64,000 bases of DNA from Tubiluchus corallicola (lineage: Eukaryota; Animalia; Priapulida): positions 1-64,000 of the forward strand of contig JAQGDQ010000096.1 of the NCBI GenBank assembly GCA_030141605.1, read 5' to 3'. Under the pieces are notes generated by a model. The model was not told the origin of the DNA, did no database searches, and saw only the letters and a program-made list of their open reading frames with translations. The position numbers and the translations under genes are program-made. The first letter of the stretch is position 1, and each line of letters begins with the position of its first letter. This document shows, piece by piece, positions 49,971 to 62,614 of the stretch.

Positions 49971-51370
49971 TTTAGTGCATCTACTACTAGATTCATTATT
50001 ATACGACAAAATGAATAGAGCTACATATGTGTTGCTGAATCTGAATTTTTATATGAGTATCCATTCAACCGTTTCGTATTATTACGACAACCGAGCCATT
50101 GCGAATTCTCAGTGACTGCTTCAGCACTAGGCTATTAGTGTTATGGCATGTTCTGACTAGCAAGCTTTATCACCAAGTAATCTGTACGTGTGTCATAGTG
50201 TCAGAGAGCTCGCAGTTTCTTGTCGAGAGCAACTTGTAAAGTTGTTCACACTTGCAAATTTACTGTCAAAAAAATGGTGACAAAAAACCCGCTAGTCTGA
50301 ATGTAATACTGTATGCTAATTCTGGTGTGATTATCGTTAGGTTGTTGACTTGCAATATAACTTTATAACGAGGTTGATATTTCCGTAGTGGCGGTCTCAC
50401 ATTCATGTAATAAGTTTTAGCCAGTTTTTATGTTGTGATGTTGCAGTGACTACTATAGTTTAAAAGTAAAGTTGTTAATTAGCATAACAGCAGTGAAAGA
50501 TATTGGATTGCTGTGAGGTTTCACAGATTACTGTTTAAATTTTCTTTAAAAGATGTAAATATTTGCTGCTTTTCACAACATCTTATTTACTCTTTTACCA
50601 GTTATTTTCTTGTCCGTACTCTAAGGTTCTGTGATTGTGGCCTGTGATTTTAGACTTGCCTGTTTTTCTCTTGTGTTTTTGCTGTACTTTTGTGTTTTTG
50701 TTATGTAATTGTTATGTAATATCAAAAAATTAGTATTACTAATTTCATGTGATCTTTTCTCGTTCTTTTACCTGAAAATAAACCCGAAAACAGCAGTAGT
50801 TTGGATCATCTTGTTTTTCCTGCTTTTTAATAAGGTAATTTTCATTACTTGTAGAGTTACTTACAATCAAGTGGTAAGATCATGTGGCCACCTTGAGCTT
50901 GCTCGGAGCCTGACACTAGTGATTATTAAACAGCAAAGCAAAAACTTGTGCTACCAGCATAGCTGACTTTGTCAATGAATTACTGTTTGATTGACATAAG
51001 AAATCAATCTGTTAGGTAGACAACAATTCATTGATAAAGGCAACTGTGATGGTAGTAGGTAGGATTGAGTAGGCTTCACTAATTCTGTACTAGGCATGTA
51101 GTATTAATAGCCTTGATTACATAATTTTGGTATTACTAGTTGAAAGACACTGTTTTGTAATACCTCAAATTGCAAGCACTTTAGCAATGCACTTTGAACA
51201 TTTATTGTATAAAGGCATAACATAAAATTTTATTAATATTATTATATCATTTTTATTATGGATGCTGGTGAACTGTCAAATAGAGCTGATTAAATAGTAC
51301 TACATACTATAGATAATTTTTTGGCAGTTTTTGTCTTGTACCAAATTTTATTATAGTTATTTAATAATAT

Positions 51371-51790
51371 TTACTCAAGCTGATGGCACATGCTTGGGTA
51401 GAGTGTTTGATCACATCAGTGCATGCATGCGTCTGTCTGTCTGTCTGTCTGCCTGCATAATAAAATCAAAACCTATAAAGCTATCATCAAACTTGGGGCA
51501 GTGATAGGTCTGGGAAAATTTCACAGCTTATTGCTTTTTGGTCAAAAAACCCAAGGTCCAAAATGTCAGACTAATTTTTTGCACGTGATAGTAATTGGTA
51601 ACTTCTTTGAAGGTTGCATCTCTATTGAGTACTTAAATATTATGATATTTGCTCTTTGGAAAACTGAATTTCTTGGTAATTTATCACGAAAAACAGAATT
51701 TGGTTTACAAAAGAAAAGTCAAGAGGTATAAAATAACAAATGGTGGTAGGCAGGTACAATGAAGGAGTTTCATGCAAACTACGAGTCTCA
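51371..51790 (+). mobile_element. DINE-1/HINE-like element
   Basis: 5' hairpin TACTCAAGC...GCTTGGGTA, (GTCT)n microsatellite, CATCAAACTTGG motif; 3' end uncertain. Confidence 0.5.
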
Positions 51791-52754
51791 ATGATTTATC
51801 ATTGAAATTCTCTTCCGTCTGAAAATGGCTTTGCGGTGATTTTGAAAAATTTAGATTTCTCCTTAAAACACATCTATTTTTACATGCATATGAGTAATTT
51901 TGTATATACTTTGCCTTGTGGTCTTCAACAACACCTGGTTCAAATATATTATTTTTACTGTCATGTATCTTGTTCTGAGATCTTAACTGTTTTGTGTCTT
52001 ACGTATATATCTTTTATACAGAGTTTTAGTGCAAGATGAGATTTTAATTCTCTATAAACTCAATCAACTTAAAACTTAAATTTAATAAATGTAAACTCAA
52101 TGTTAATTGAAAACCAGTTACTGCCAGAAAGCTGATTTCTGAGTGAAACACATTTATGCATAGGTTTACACTTTGTTTTGATAGTTTGGTTACAGAAAGA
52201 TTATTGTGGGTCATGAACAAAATCAACAATGCTTTTTAATGAAAACCTTTATTCATTCAGTAATATGCAAAATTCTGAATGTCCCATATATGGGATGCTA
52301 TGCATAAATGGGTTAAGCTTCTAGTACTACTGCTACTACATGTTATGTATATATAACAGTATAGACGTTATATAATAATGTTATTATAACAATATAAAAC
52401 TGTTATGTGAACATTCAACGTGGTAAGTTACGTTTAAAATTTTGGGGAAAAAATTAAAAATTTGTAAAAAATTGACTCATTGACAAATGTACATAATCGC
52501 TATTAATATACATTTATAACTAAAAAACTGTTGATGACAAAGTCATAAATTGAAAATTCTGTAATGTGTTCTGCCAGTGCAATATAATGTAATGTTGTAG
52601 TAAAGTAATATAGTGTGGTGTAGTACATGTGTTACATCACATTAAATTACAGCACAGTTGGTAAAAAAATCCCAGGTTATCAATCTTTAGTGTCTGGATT
52701 GTGAAAGATTTTTGTTGTTAAGTTTAACTGGCTCAAGATCATAAATTCATTTTT

Positions 52755-53045
52755 GTTAAATGTGCCCCTTGCTTGATTACCTAGGAATTGCATTTTTTTA
52801 AATTAAATCAGAATTTACCACTTTTGGCCTGCAACCTCATGGCTCAGTGATTTGAGTACCTCAACATCGTCATCAATGAATTCACCCATGCTTGATTACC
52901 TAGGAATTGCATTTCTTTTCAATCAAATTGGAACATCATTTTTGGCTGGCAACCTCACATGGCTCAGGAATCTGAAGGTCTAAATATTGTCTCCAGCGAA
53001 TTTGCCCTGCTTGATTACCTAAGAATAGCATTTCGTTTTAATGAA
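52755..53045. repeat. Diverged ~120-bp tandem repeat x2.5, probably the core of a larger (~52700-53850) non-autonomous element
   Basis: GCTTGATTACCTAGGAATTGCATTT at ~52771, 52890 and 53009; GCAACCTCA...GGCTCAG twice. Confidence 0.7.
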
Positions 53046-54667
53046 AACTTGTGACCTTTTGACCCTTGTCCTTGGGCAGCGGTTGGTCAGTCTTGAGTCA
53101 ACCTGTGACATTTAATTAGCCTTGCCAAAGCTTTTCATTTCATATATCACAAGCTAATTTTTTGCTTGGCGCTGGAGAAACATCTGTTGTTAATTTTCAC
53201 ATTTTGCCCCCCTAGCAAAAACTCTCAGCAAAATGGATGAGATGGAAATCAACACCACCTAGCTAAATGCAAAAAATTGTGGCCCTAGTATGTAAACTAT
53301 AGAAGGACATATAGCCTAACAAAAAACTGATAGATGTCTACTGTCCTTGACTGTTTGACCTAAGGTTATTGCTCAGTATTACATTTTCTGACACCATACT
53401 CCTGGTACCTACGCTGCAAGTTTCATGACTTCACATTGTTTGCTTTTCCAGTTATTGACAACACCCTGTTTTAATACTTTTGCATATGTCATGTGACCTG
53501 GCCTCACCCACTTTCTGAAAAACACCTAGTGCATATCTGTCCTTAACTGGCTACCCAAACGTGCAAAATGTGGACTCCTACTGTAAGAGAAGTTGAGTGA
53601 CAAAGCCATTTGCCCTAATTTGCACACTTTGGCTACTAACTCGGATTTTGGATTTACTCACATATTCATATCCCTAGGAGGAGTTGAGTGATAATCAAAA
53701 AAAGAGCCCATGTCCAGTGTGCTCAACCCTTTGTCCTGAGGTCAACGGTCTCCATACCTGAGCCCCTGTCTCTGGTGTCTGCCCTGCATATTTGGTGACT
53801 CTAGGTAGTACGATTTTTGTGTTATTCAGTGTTGTACCGGAGAATAAATAAATACTTTTACGGTTTTGTAAATAAATTTCACATATTGCAGAATCTTAAC
53901 TGTTTCAAACCTGATACCATGACTAACATTGACCAACCAAAGGATGAAAGCTGACCTAGTTAACAACGCTAAAAAATAATGAAATTTTCCAAGCCCTTAA
54001 TAATTAATGCATTTACTACAGCATTGCAGTTTGCCTCACTGTGGTTGTATACCTGAGTGGTGAAAAACTATTACTGTAGCAATTGAAGCCTGTCGTCATG
54101 ACAACGGATGCAGCTCACCTATTAGTGATTCATTATAGTGTCATCTTTTTAAAGCAGCTTCTTGATAATGCCACTGTAGCTGATAGGCGTAGCTTGAAAG
54201 TTTTGTTACATATTCCATCATTAGTAGCTTTGGAGCATATTGTATATTTTAGCTGGATTATTTTTATTAATTTGCAATTGATAGTATGACCGTAAATAGC
54301 AAATAAATGTAATTTCAGCAAAGGAATGTGTAATTTTCTTTCTTTTACTGTGTGTTTGTCTGATACATAGCTGATGTTAACAGGAGTATATATTATATCT
54401 ATATATGAATATGAGTAATACTACGTGTATATGTGGTATATGTGTATTATGGTTAGTCGCTCAGCATTCATATGGCTATGTAAATAAATAGCTTGCTATT
54501 GCCATGTGTCTATTAGCCAGATATGTACCTGTACGTCATGGCTCAGCAGGATATTCAATATATTGCATATGGCTAATGTGCGGTGTTGTAATTTTATTTT
54601 TATTGTGCATTTTAGATATGACTGTATTTACCAAGTAAGATAGCTTGTGAGTTGTGAAGTATTCACA

Positions 54668-54709
54668 ATGGCCGAAGCTTCCAATAGTGATAGCCAAAAC
54701 TTAGATCAG
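54668..54709 (+). CDS. GPSM2: Probable first coding exon of the GPSM gene (MAEASNSDSQNLDQ)
   Basis: Acceptor TTTTAG at 54615, ACAATGG start context, phase-0 donor CAG|GTATGG in frame with AAC ATG AGT of the next exon; no homology support. Confidence 0.55.
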
Positions 54710-57700
54710 GTATGGTACCACATTTGTGAAAAAATCTTGGTTCTTGCTCGGATTCGTTTTGAAGCGATTTTTAATCCATGATGACCATCATTCAATAGAG
54801 ATTGTTTTATTCTTATTAGAAGACATTATTATTTCTTAAGAAGTCAAATTGGTATAGATATTCATTTGTGCAGTAGATTTTATAAGTGAAAGATTTCCTA
54901 ATAATGCACAGCTATTACTAAACTTTATAGCTTATTTCTACTGGTTTGTAGCCTGTAACAAGTTTGTTTCTCATTCTTTATTTTTCAGACAAGTTTCTAA
55001 ATAAACTTAACGTGCCTGCAGTTAACCCTGCAAATTTTTTTTCATTAATGACCATTTCATTATTCTTTCAGATTTAAACATGTGTCATAAGCTAACCCTC
55101 ACATAAACCATATCTTCATACCTCACATGGAATGTTTTTATTAAACTACTAATATGTATAAATACGTAAAAAACCTGAGTAAAATACTCAACTTACCTTA
55201 CCTTAGACCTTAGTCCTTCCTGCGCATTGATGCACATTGGGCAGACAGCATTTTCCACTGAGTTCTATCGGCGGCTTCGTTCTCTACGTTTTCCCAACGT
55301 CTGTTGACAGCTCGAAGGTCTTCTTTGAAGGATCTGCGCCACGTTGTTTTTGGCCGACCTCTTTTTCTTTTCCCACCAGGTGGTTCCCACTGTACTGCTG
55401 TTTTGGCGTAGCGACTTTCTGATAGACGGAGAATATGTCCAGCCAGTTTCATTCTTCTCTCTGTAACTATATCTTGTAACCGCAATGACTGCGCTCGTTG
55501 AAGAACTTCTACATTGGTGACATGGTCGCGGTAGGAGATTTTTAGTATCTTTCGAAGGCATTTTTGGTGGAAGACGTTCAGTTTCTTTGATAACTCCGCT
55601 GTGACTTTCCAGGTTTCGCTGGCATAGAGAGCCGTTGGCAGCACAATGGCGTTGTACAGACGAAGTTTGATTTTCATGTCAATTTTCTTGCTTGTCCAGA
55701 TTTTTCCCATCTTCCTAAATACTGCTGTTGCTTTGCCGATTCTCCCCCTGATGTCATTTTCTGTACCTCCATTACAGGTCATCACACTGCCCAGATATGA
55801 AAAACTGGTAACATTCTTAACCATTTGGCCTCCCACTGTTATATGTACATCATTCTGTTGGTTTGTCCACACTTTCAAAACTTTGGTCTTTTCTTGACTA
55901 ATTCTCAATCCAATTTTTCCCGCTACTTCTTCCATACTTGTGGTCAGTTGTTGCAGGCTTTCTTTTGATGTTTCCAGAAGAGCTATATCGTCAGCAAAGT
56001 CCAGATCTGCCAATCGTTGTTGTTGTTTCCATTGCATTACTAGACCTTTACCATCAACCGCCTTGTTCATGATGAAATCAATCGTCAGTAGGAACAGGAA
56101 TGGCGACATAATGCAACCCTGCTTAACTCCAGTTTCGATGGTGAAATACTCGGTGTTTCCCTCTTGTGTTCTTATACAACAGCCGCTGTTTTGGTAAAAG
56201 TTCTGGATGGTTGAAATGCATTTCTGTGGGATACCATACAGAGAAGCAATTTTCCATAGAGACTGCCTGTGAACAGAGTCAAAAGCCTTCTTGAAATCAA
56301 TGAAATTGATTAATAAGGGCTGTTGGAATTCCATACATTGCTCAATGATGTTTCTGAGAGTGAATATCTGTTCACAGCATGATCTTCCTTTTCTAAATCC
56401 AGCTTGTTGTTCTCTTAGTCTTATATCAACAGCATCTCTCAACCGATCTAGCAGCACTATACTCAGGACTTTTCCAGGTATTGACATCAGAGTTATTCCT
56501 CTCCAATTATTGCAATCTGTCAGGTTCCCTTTTTTAGGCAACTTCACGATGACTCCATTTCTCCAATCTTCGGGGACCTTTTGTTGTTCCCAGCAGCTGT
56601 TCAGGAGCTTTGTCATTGATCGTGTTATCCCTTTATTACCGTGTTTCAGGAGCTCAGCTGTTATTTGGTCCTCTCCAGCTGCTTTGTTGTTCTTTAGTTT
56701 TTTGATGGCAGTTTCGACTTCCAGTTCACTGATGTTGTCCAATCTTACATCTAGCTGTTGTTGTCCAATTTCATTTTCAAAATTGAATAATGTTGTTGGG
56801 TTTGGCTGGTTGAGAACTTCCTTGAAGTGTTCCACCCATCATGCGTTTTGCTGTTCTGTTGTTGTGAGAGTCACACCACTTTTGTTCTTGATTGGCACAG
56901 CTGGGGTGCCTCCTGTTCCCGTTAGATCTTTAACAATTCTGTAGAGAGTCTTGGTATCATTATGGCTGGCTGCTAACTGTGCTTCTTCACCCTTCTTTTC
57001 AAACCATTCGTTCTTGTCCCTCCTGCTACGTCTTTTTACTGCTCTATCTGCCAGTTGGTACTGCTCATTGGCTTGACTCCTGCTTTCTGGTGTTTTTGCT
57101 TGGTCTCTCATTTGCTTAGTCTTCTTTCTTTCATCAATTAATTCCCAAGTTTTTTCTTGTATCCACATTTCTTTTCTGTTACCCCTTCTTCTGCCGATCT
57201 GTTCATCTGCAACTGCTGTTACTGCTTCTTTGAATATTTTCCACTGTTCTTCAATATCGTTGGCTTGTAGTAGTGGTTCAAATTTGTTGCTAAGTGCAAG
57301 TTCAAAACTCCTTGCTTTTTGTTGGTCTTTCAGGTTTTCAACCGCAAAAGGTCTTGTGATTTTTGGCTTTTGTATCTTTTTCAGTTTGAGCTGCACTTTT
57401 CCTTGAACTAGGTGGTGGTCAGAGCCCACATCAGCTCCACGACATACTTTCACATCTTTCAGTGCTGATCTCCATCTCTTGCTGATACAGATGTAGTCGA
57501 TTTCGTTCTGTGTATTTCCATCTGGTGACCTCCATGTCTTCTTGTGGATGGTTTTGTGGGCAAAATAAGTATTTCCAATACACAGTCCATTTAAATTGCA
57601 CAACATCAGGAGCCGTTCACCATTGTTGTTTGTTTCTTGAGCTGATCCATGTGGCCCGATTACATGCTCCAATCCGTGTCTGTTGTTGTCAATCTTTGCA

Positions 57701-60700
57701 TTCATATCACCCATGAGGAGAATGATGTCATGGCTGGGGATGTCATTCAGCACATCTTGACATTGTTGGTAGAAATCATCTTTAACTTGTTCATCTGTAT
57801 CTTCAGTTGGTGCGTAAATGCAAACAATAGTTGTTTTCGCATGCCTTCACTGTATTCGGGCAGTTATTATCCTCTCACTGACTGGGTTCCATCCTATTAG
57901 TGTCTTTGCTGCCTCTTTGTTCAGCATCAGACCAACACCTCTCTGGTGATCCTCCTCTGGTCCTGAATACAGAAAGGTTGTTTCTCCACTCTTGATGTTT
58001 CCGCTTCCTGTCCATCTCACTTCCGTTACGCCTAAGATACTGAGTTGATAGTTGTTGAATTCCCGGATAACTTGGGCCATTTTTCCTGTTTGGAACATTG
58101 TTCTTACATTCCAAGTGCCAATTTTTGTCACCTTTGTGGCACTCAGTATAGAGTTCTTCATCGGATGCTGGGCTTCCTCTCGGCTTTGACCTAGCATCGT
58201 CATAACATGGGTCGAACTTTCTGCTTTGTGCCGATTTGTGTCAGTAGATTTGTTTCTGTCTGTTTCTGTAGCAATTGAGAACTTTTACAGGATAGGGGTG
58301 CTAACCCTAAGCCCAACCCTCCTCCTCTCTCAACCGGGCTTGGGACCGGCTATGGCAGAGTTAAATACTCAACTAGGTAGCACAAATATCAGAAAAATCA
58401 ATGCCTAGTATTTAAGAAGTACATGGTTATTATTTAGATTATGTTATGTACCTGGTGCTTGTGGAAAACTGAGCTTAAAATTGTCAGAAACATTAATAGT
58501 GGCAATTTCATATGAATTCACCATGAGCTTGACTGAGTTGTATTTGGAGAGCAGTTCATTTTCTTGTCATTTCTCAAATTGTACTAGATTATCTGTTGAC
58601 TAAAACATTGTGTATTTTCATTTCTTTACTATGGGATTTTTAACTTTAAGTGCCATTTGCAGTAATAGTTTCAAAGAGAAATGGAGACAACAATTAAATA
58701 ATTTAAAAGCAATTTATAATGGAAGCTTTCTATTTTGTAATTGGTTGATAGGTTGCGATACTTCATTTAAAAATCTTCCTTATTGCGGAACATTTATATT
58801 TATTTTTATAAATACAAATAATAAAAAAATATCGCTAACTTCGGTACTTAGTTGCTGTCATCTTCAGCAATATCATCAACTGCTCTTTTTGAGTGGCCAA
58901 CATTTTCTTTACTATGTATAGACATAATTGTGTTTACAGGACTACTTGCAATATATTTTGTTTAGCAAGTTAGCGATTTTTTCTCACAGTGCCAGCACGT
59001 AAGTAGGCAGTGCACTCTATGAGTTTGCTCAAGACTGTGGCTACAACCTGTAACGGTTTGATAATTTACAAGTTTAAGTTTATTAAAACTTGTGACCCGA
59101 AAGTTTAATTATATTACATTAATTAAGATACGCTGAGGTTTAAAATTACAATTAAATTATATTACATTAAAACAACTTTACCAAACATTAATTAAAATAG
59201 GCATTTAAAAGACAGTAATTTGCATTAAGATTAAACTTATTAAAATACATTCTTAAAACATCTCGGTGTCACAGCGTATACAGTAGTACTGAACTTACTG
59301 ATAATTAAAAGTGCATATGGTATAAAACTACTTTTTAAAACGTTCAGTACGGCAAAGAGGTAAACGGTACATCAGTTGTTTACGAAGATTGTGCTCATGG
59401 GGGTTGAGTGTACTTCTTGATTTTGAATTGACTTGAAAAATTTTTGCAAATGTCATTTCTACATTCAGATAAATGTTCGATTTTTGATAGCTGCAAAGAA
59501 TTTACATAAGGTGTTGCAAGGGAAAATTAACTTGAATAATGACTGTAGTTTTGTCTGTTTTAATGTTAAAAAGGTATGCCATGCAGGACAAGCGAATTCC
59601 AGTATCGGTCTTATTGTAAATAGTAAGATCAATAAACAGTAATCGTATCTTTCTGAGAAATACCTGCTCTCTTTAAAAGTTTTATTAAGTAAATACGTTT
59701 GCAGGCTTTTTTGTGTATCTCTTCAACATGTACATTCCAGATTTAGTTATTAGAGATATGGACACCTAGTAATTTGACGGAATTGGCTCTTTCAACACGC
59801 TCACCATTAATAGTAACAGGAGGAATATTTGTTTCAAGTTTGGAAATATTCATGCACATTTCTTTAAATTTAGAGCTATTAAATTTCATATTGTTTAATT
59901 GGGCCCATTCCAGTGCTTGTGTGGTTGCAGTCTGCAATTTGGTAGGTTTACCAGGGCCGCAGATGTCAATGAGGGCTGTATCATCAACATACTTGATATC
60001 TTGTCATACAGTTAAAATTCATTTAACATATCAATGAATATTTTGGTAGAGTTCATAGTGACTTGAGGCACACCACTACACATAACTCTATTCTAGGTAG
60101 CAACTTGTGCGTTCAACCACCCATCTCGAAAACCAGTTTCGTCTGACAAATGAACTGCAAACAGTAAAACAGGGAACTTTAAAGCCAAGCATTCAAGGTT
60201 TTACTAACTGCAAATTGCCAAAAAGACCAAATTGACTAAATACTACCAGTGACTCTAACAAATTTTGCTTGCCATTGTGGAATTAATAAATGACATCGCA
60301 TGTTTAAGCTTCTGGTTGTATGTGAACTGACCGTTGTTCCTTTACATTATTACAGAACATGAGTGGAGAAACTTGCATAGAATTAGCTCTAGAAGGTGAA
60401 CGTCTGTGTAAATCTGGTGATTGTCGCAGTGGTGTTTCCTTCTTTGAAGCTGCAATTCAAGTAGGAACTGACGATATGAAGACATTGAGTGCAATTTACA
60501 GTCAGCTAGGCAATGCTTATTTTTATTTGGGTGAATATGGCAAGGCTCTGGAGTACCATCGACATGACTTGACACTTGCACGGTAATATAATAAATGGGT
60601 ATTACCTAGAATAATAGACATTACGTACAACACAACGAATAGAGAGCAGTGAAAATATTTTTTTATTTTGCAACTTTCTTTATGAAAATCGTAAATAAAA

Positions 60701-61241
60701 TGTGTATTTTTAAATGTTTAACATTTAAAGTTAATATGTAATGTTTTACAAGTTAAGTCTAACTAAATGTGCTGTACTTGAAATTTGATGCTAATTTTAT
60801 TACATTTATAGCACCCATTTTAATAGCTCGCCAGGTGCACTTGAGTAGGCATTTATTCCCAAACTATTGTTCAGATGTGACTTGGGAACATTCCAAAAAT
60901 GCAGGCTATATACAAGCTGTGTCTTATTAACGATTGTACCTAGGCAATGCAGCATCATATGTATTATTGATTATTTACTGTAGAAATTAAAGTTAAAAGC
61001 TCAGCTAGTTTTTTAGAAATGGTTGTTGAAATATCTCCAATCAAGAAATATCAGAGAAAGTTTTATGAGATAACAATCTTGTACGTAGAAACATAATTGT
61101 TTTAGGACAATTGGTGATCCCCTTGGGGAGGCAAAGGCAAGTGGCAACTTGGGTAACACTCTGAAAGTACTTGGACAGTATGAGGAAGCAATACTGTGTT
61201 GCAAACGACACCTTGACATTTCTAAAGAACTGCATGATCAG
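54668..61241 (+). CDS. GPSM2: G-protein signaling modulator (LGN/Pins/AGS3 family), 5' partial: join(54668..54709,60356..60582,61106..61241); continues beyond the window
   Basis: CIELALEGERLCKSGDCRSGVSFFEAAIQVGTDDMKTLSAIYSQLGNAYFYL...YHRHDLTLAR|TIGDPLGEAKASGNLGNTLKVLG matches the N-terminal TPRs of LGN/Pins. It is probably the single invertebrate co-ortholog of GPSM1/2. The first exon is less certain. Confidence 0.88.
55194..58362 (-). mobile_element. Full-length young RTE-clade LINE in the GPSM intron (antisense)
   Basis: TSD AAATACTCAACT (55182-55193, 58363-58374); TAAGG-repeat tail; single EN-RT reading frame; twister ribozyme at the 5' end. Confidence 0.95.
55210..58203 (-). pseudogene. 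RTE AP-endonuclease / reverse transcriptase ORF (998 codons, two in-frame TGA, no frameshift)
   Basis: IGTWNVRTM, GDMNAK, SDHHLV, NWRGITLMS, FIDFKKAFDSV, GVKQGCIMSP, DFADDIALL; stops at 57847-57849 and 56839-56841. Confidence 0.92.
58311..58363 (-). ncRNA. Twister self-cleaving ribozyme (P1 type) at the RTE 5' end
   Basis: Minus strand U^AACUCUGCCAUAGCCGGUCCCAAGCCCGGUUGAGAGAGGAGGAGGGUUGGGC; P2 CUCU/GGAG, P4 CCGG/CCGG, T1 CCC/GGG, T2 GC/GC, conserved UAA and GAGGG. Confidence 0.85.
59250..60160 (-). mobile_element. LINE RT remnant (L2/CR1 group)
   Basis: GVPQVT, KYVDDT, WAQLNNMKFNSSKFKEM, VKLLGVHISNN; decayed. Confidence 0.75.
60356..60582 (+). CDS. GPSM2: GPSM/LGN TPR exon
   Basis: Acceptor TTACAG; NMSGETCIELALEGERLC...HDLTLAR; donor CG|GTAATA. 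Confidence 0.93.
61106..61241 (+). CDS. GPSM2: GPSM/LGN TPR exon
   Basis: Acceptor TTTTAG; TIGDPLGEAKASGNLGNTLKVLGQYEEAILCCKRHLDISKELHDQ; donor CAG|GTTTGA; phase matches the previous exon. Confidence 0.92.
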
Positions 61242-61455
61242 GTTTGATTTATTCAATTTAGCCACTACTACATTGTGATTCCAGTTACTGTTGTGCATTA
61301 AAAATAACCAACAAGTTACTATGTAGCACTGACTTTGTTTTAGTATTGTTCAAGTACTAAAATTATTTGTAAATACAAGGTAATTGTAGGAGTACGTATG
61401 TGAGCTAGCTTAAGAAATTTTCAAGTATGTTTTTGTAGTGTCATTTTTCTGCATT

Positions 61456-62614
61456 AGACTGCAGTACATAAGTCAACCAGCGGGGGTCCACCTCGTAATG
61501 GTCAATCAGACCCGCTGTATTTTGGCTCTAACTGCTTTTAAAATGCCACGCCTGGACTTACTTCCAAACTCAAGGGTATTTGCTTGTGAAGCGTATAATA
61601 ATATACAGGGAAACTGTGTGCTCATGAGTGTTTTACTTATAGAATTCATTAAATAGCAGTGAAAGAGAGTATAGAATGGTGAAGCGTTGTGCTTGGGGCA
61701 TGTGTAATGTGGATGTTCGGTATCCAGAAAATTTCGAAACACTTGTTAGTTTCTCCTAACCAAAAAAACACGTAGACAAGTGTCACCGATGGATCGAAGA
61801 AAGCAACATGAACAGCTCGGCCCATTCAAAATTAATAAAAATCCTGCTGTCTGCTCAAAGTTTCCTAACGTTTTGTTGTTACTGCTGACTACATCTAGAA
61901 ATCTGGCATGCTATATCAAGATTTAACGCACAGGAATAAGATATCTCAGATACTATACTGTACAGCATAACATAAGATTTCGTTTATTGCGCATGACTGC
62001 ATGAATGAACACTAGAGACTGTACGTTTTGTAATTATTGATAGTCACAAAATTTAGCTCAGCTAACTTGCTTAAGTTTTTTAATTTATTCAGGTATATAT
62101 TATATTATGTTATGATATAATTTGTTACGATATATTACTAGCTGACATTTCAAACATTATTGTTTTCTACAGATAATAAACTAAACTACTATATACTACC
62201 ACCAAAAAAATACCAGTAGGCCTAGTGTATAATATATTAATTATTAACTTATTAATAACAGTAATATTGATAATAATATAGTAATAAATAATGCTACTTA
62301 AACAATCTAGTCAATTGAAACAAATCTCAAATGCTACTAATATTTCAAAAAATAAATTACCGAAGCAAAGAAATAATGAATATAATAAAAGATGCATATT
62401 TACAACCTGTTGTCCTTCTGCCATTTTAAAACTTTGCTCTTTTCTACTGATTTTTGACTAGAGACGTGGGCAGATGACAACACTTGAGCCATCCATCTTT
62501 TTCACTTTTGTTGATAATAAACTTTATATGCTGTAGCGACTTGCAATGAGCGAGTGTTTGTGAGCGCGTGTATTACATCATCAAGTTGGGCAGACTAAAC
62601 ACTGTTTGCGATCT
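61456..62614 (+). mobile_element. THAP-bearing non-autonomous DNA transposon, second copy
   Basis: AGACTGCA...TGCGATCT|AT ends; MVKRCAWGMCNVDVRYPE...KCHRWI...AVCSK remnant at ~61676-61860. Confidence 0.7.

Noticed and set aside
56291-56944. 217-aa plus-strand ORF
   Set aside because: Antisense shadow of the RTE RT frame.
56839-57849. Programmed read-through or selenocysteine at the two in-frame TGA codons of the RTE
   Set aside because: Single substitutions (probably CGA and TCA to TGA) explain them, and the element has no 3' UTR for a SECIS.
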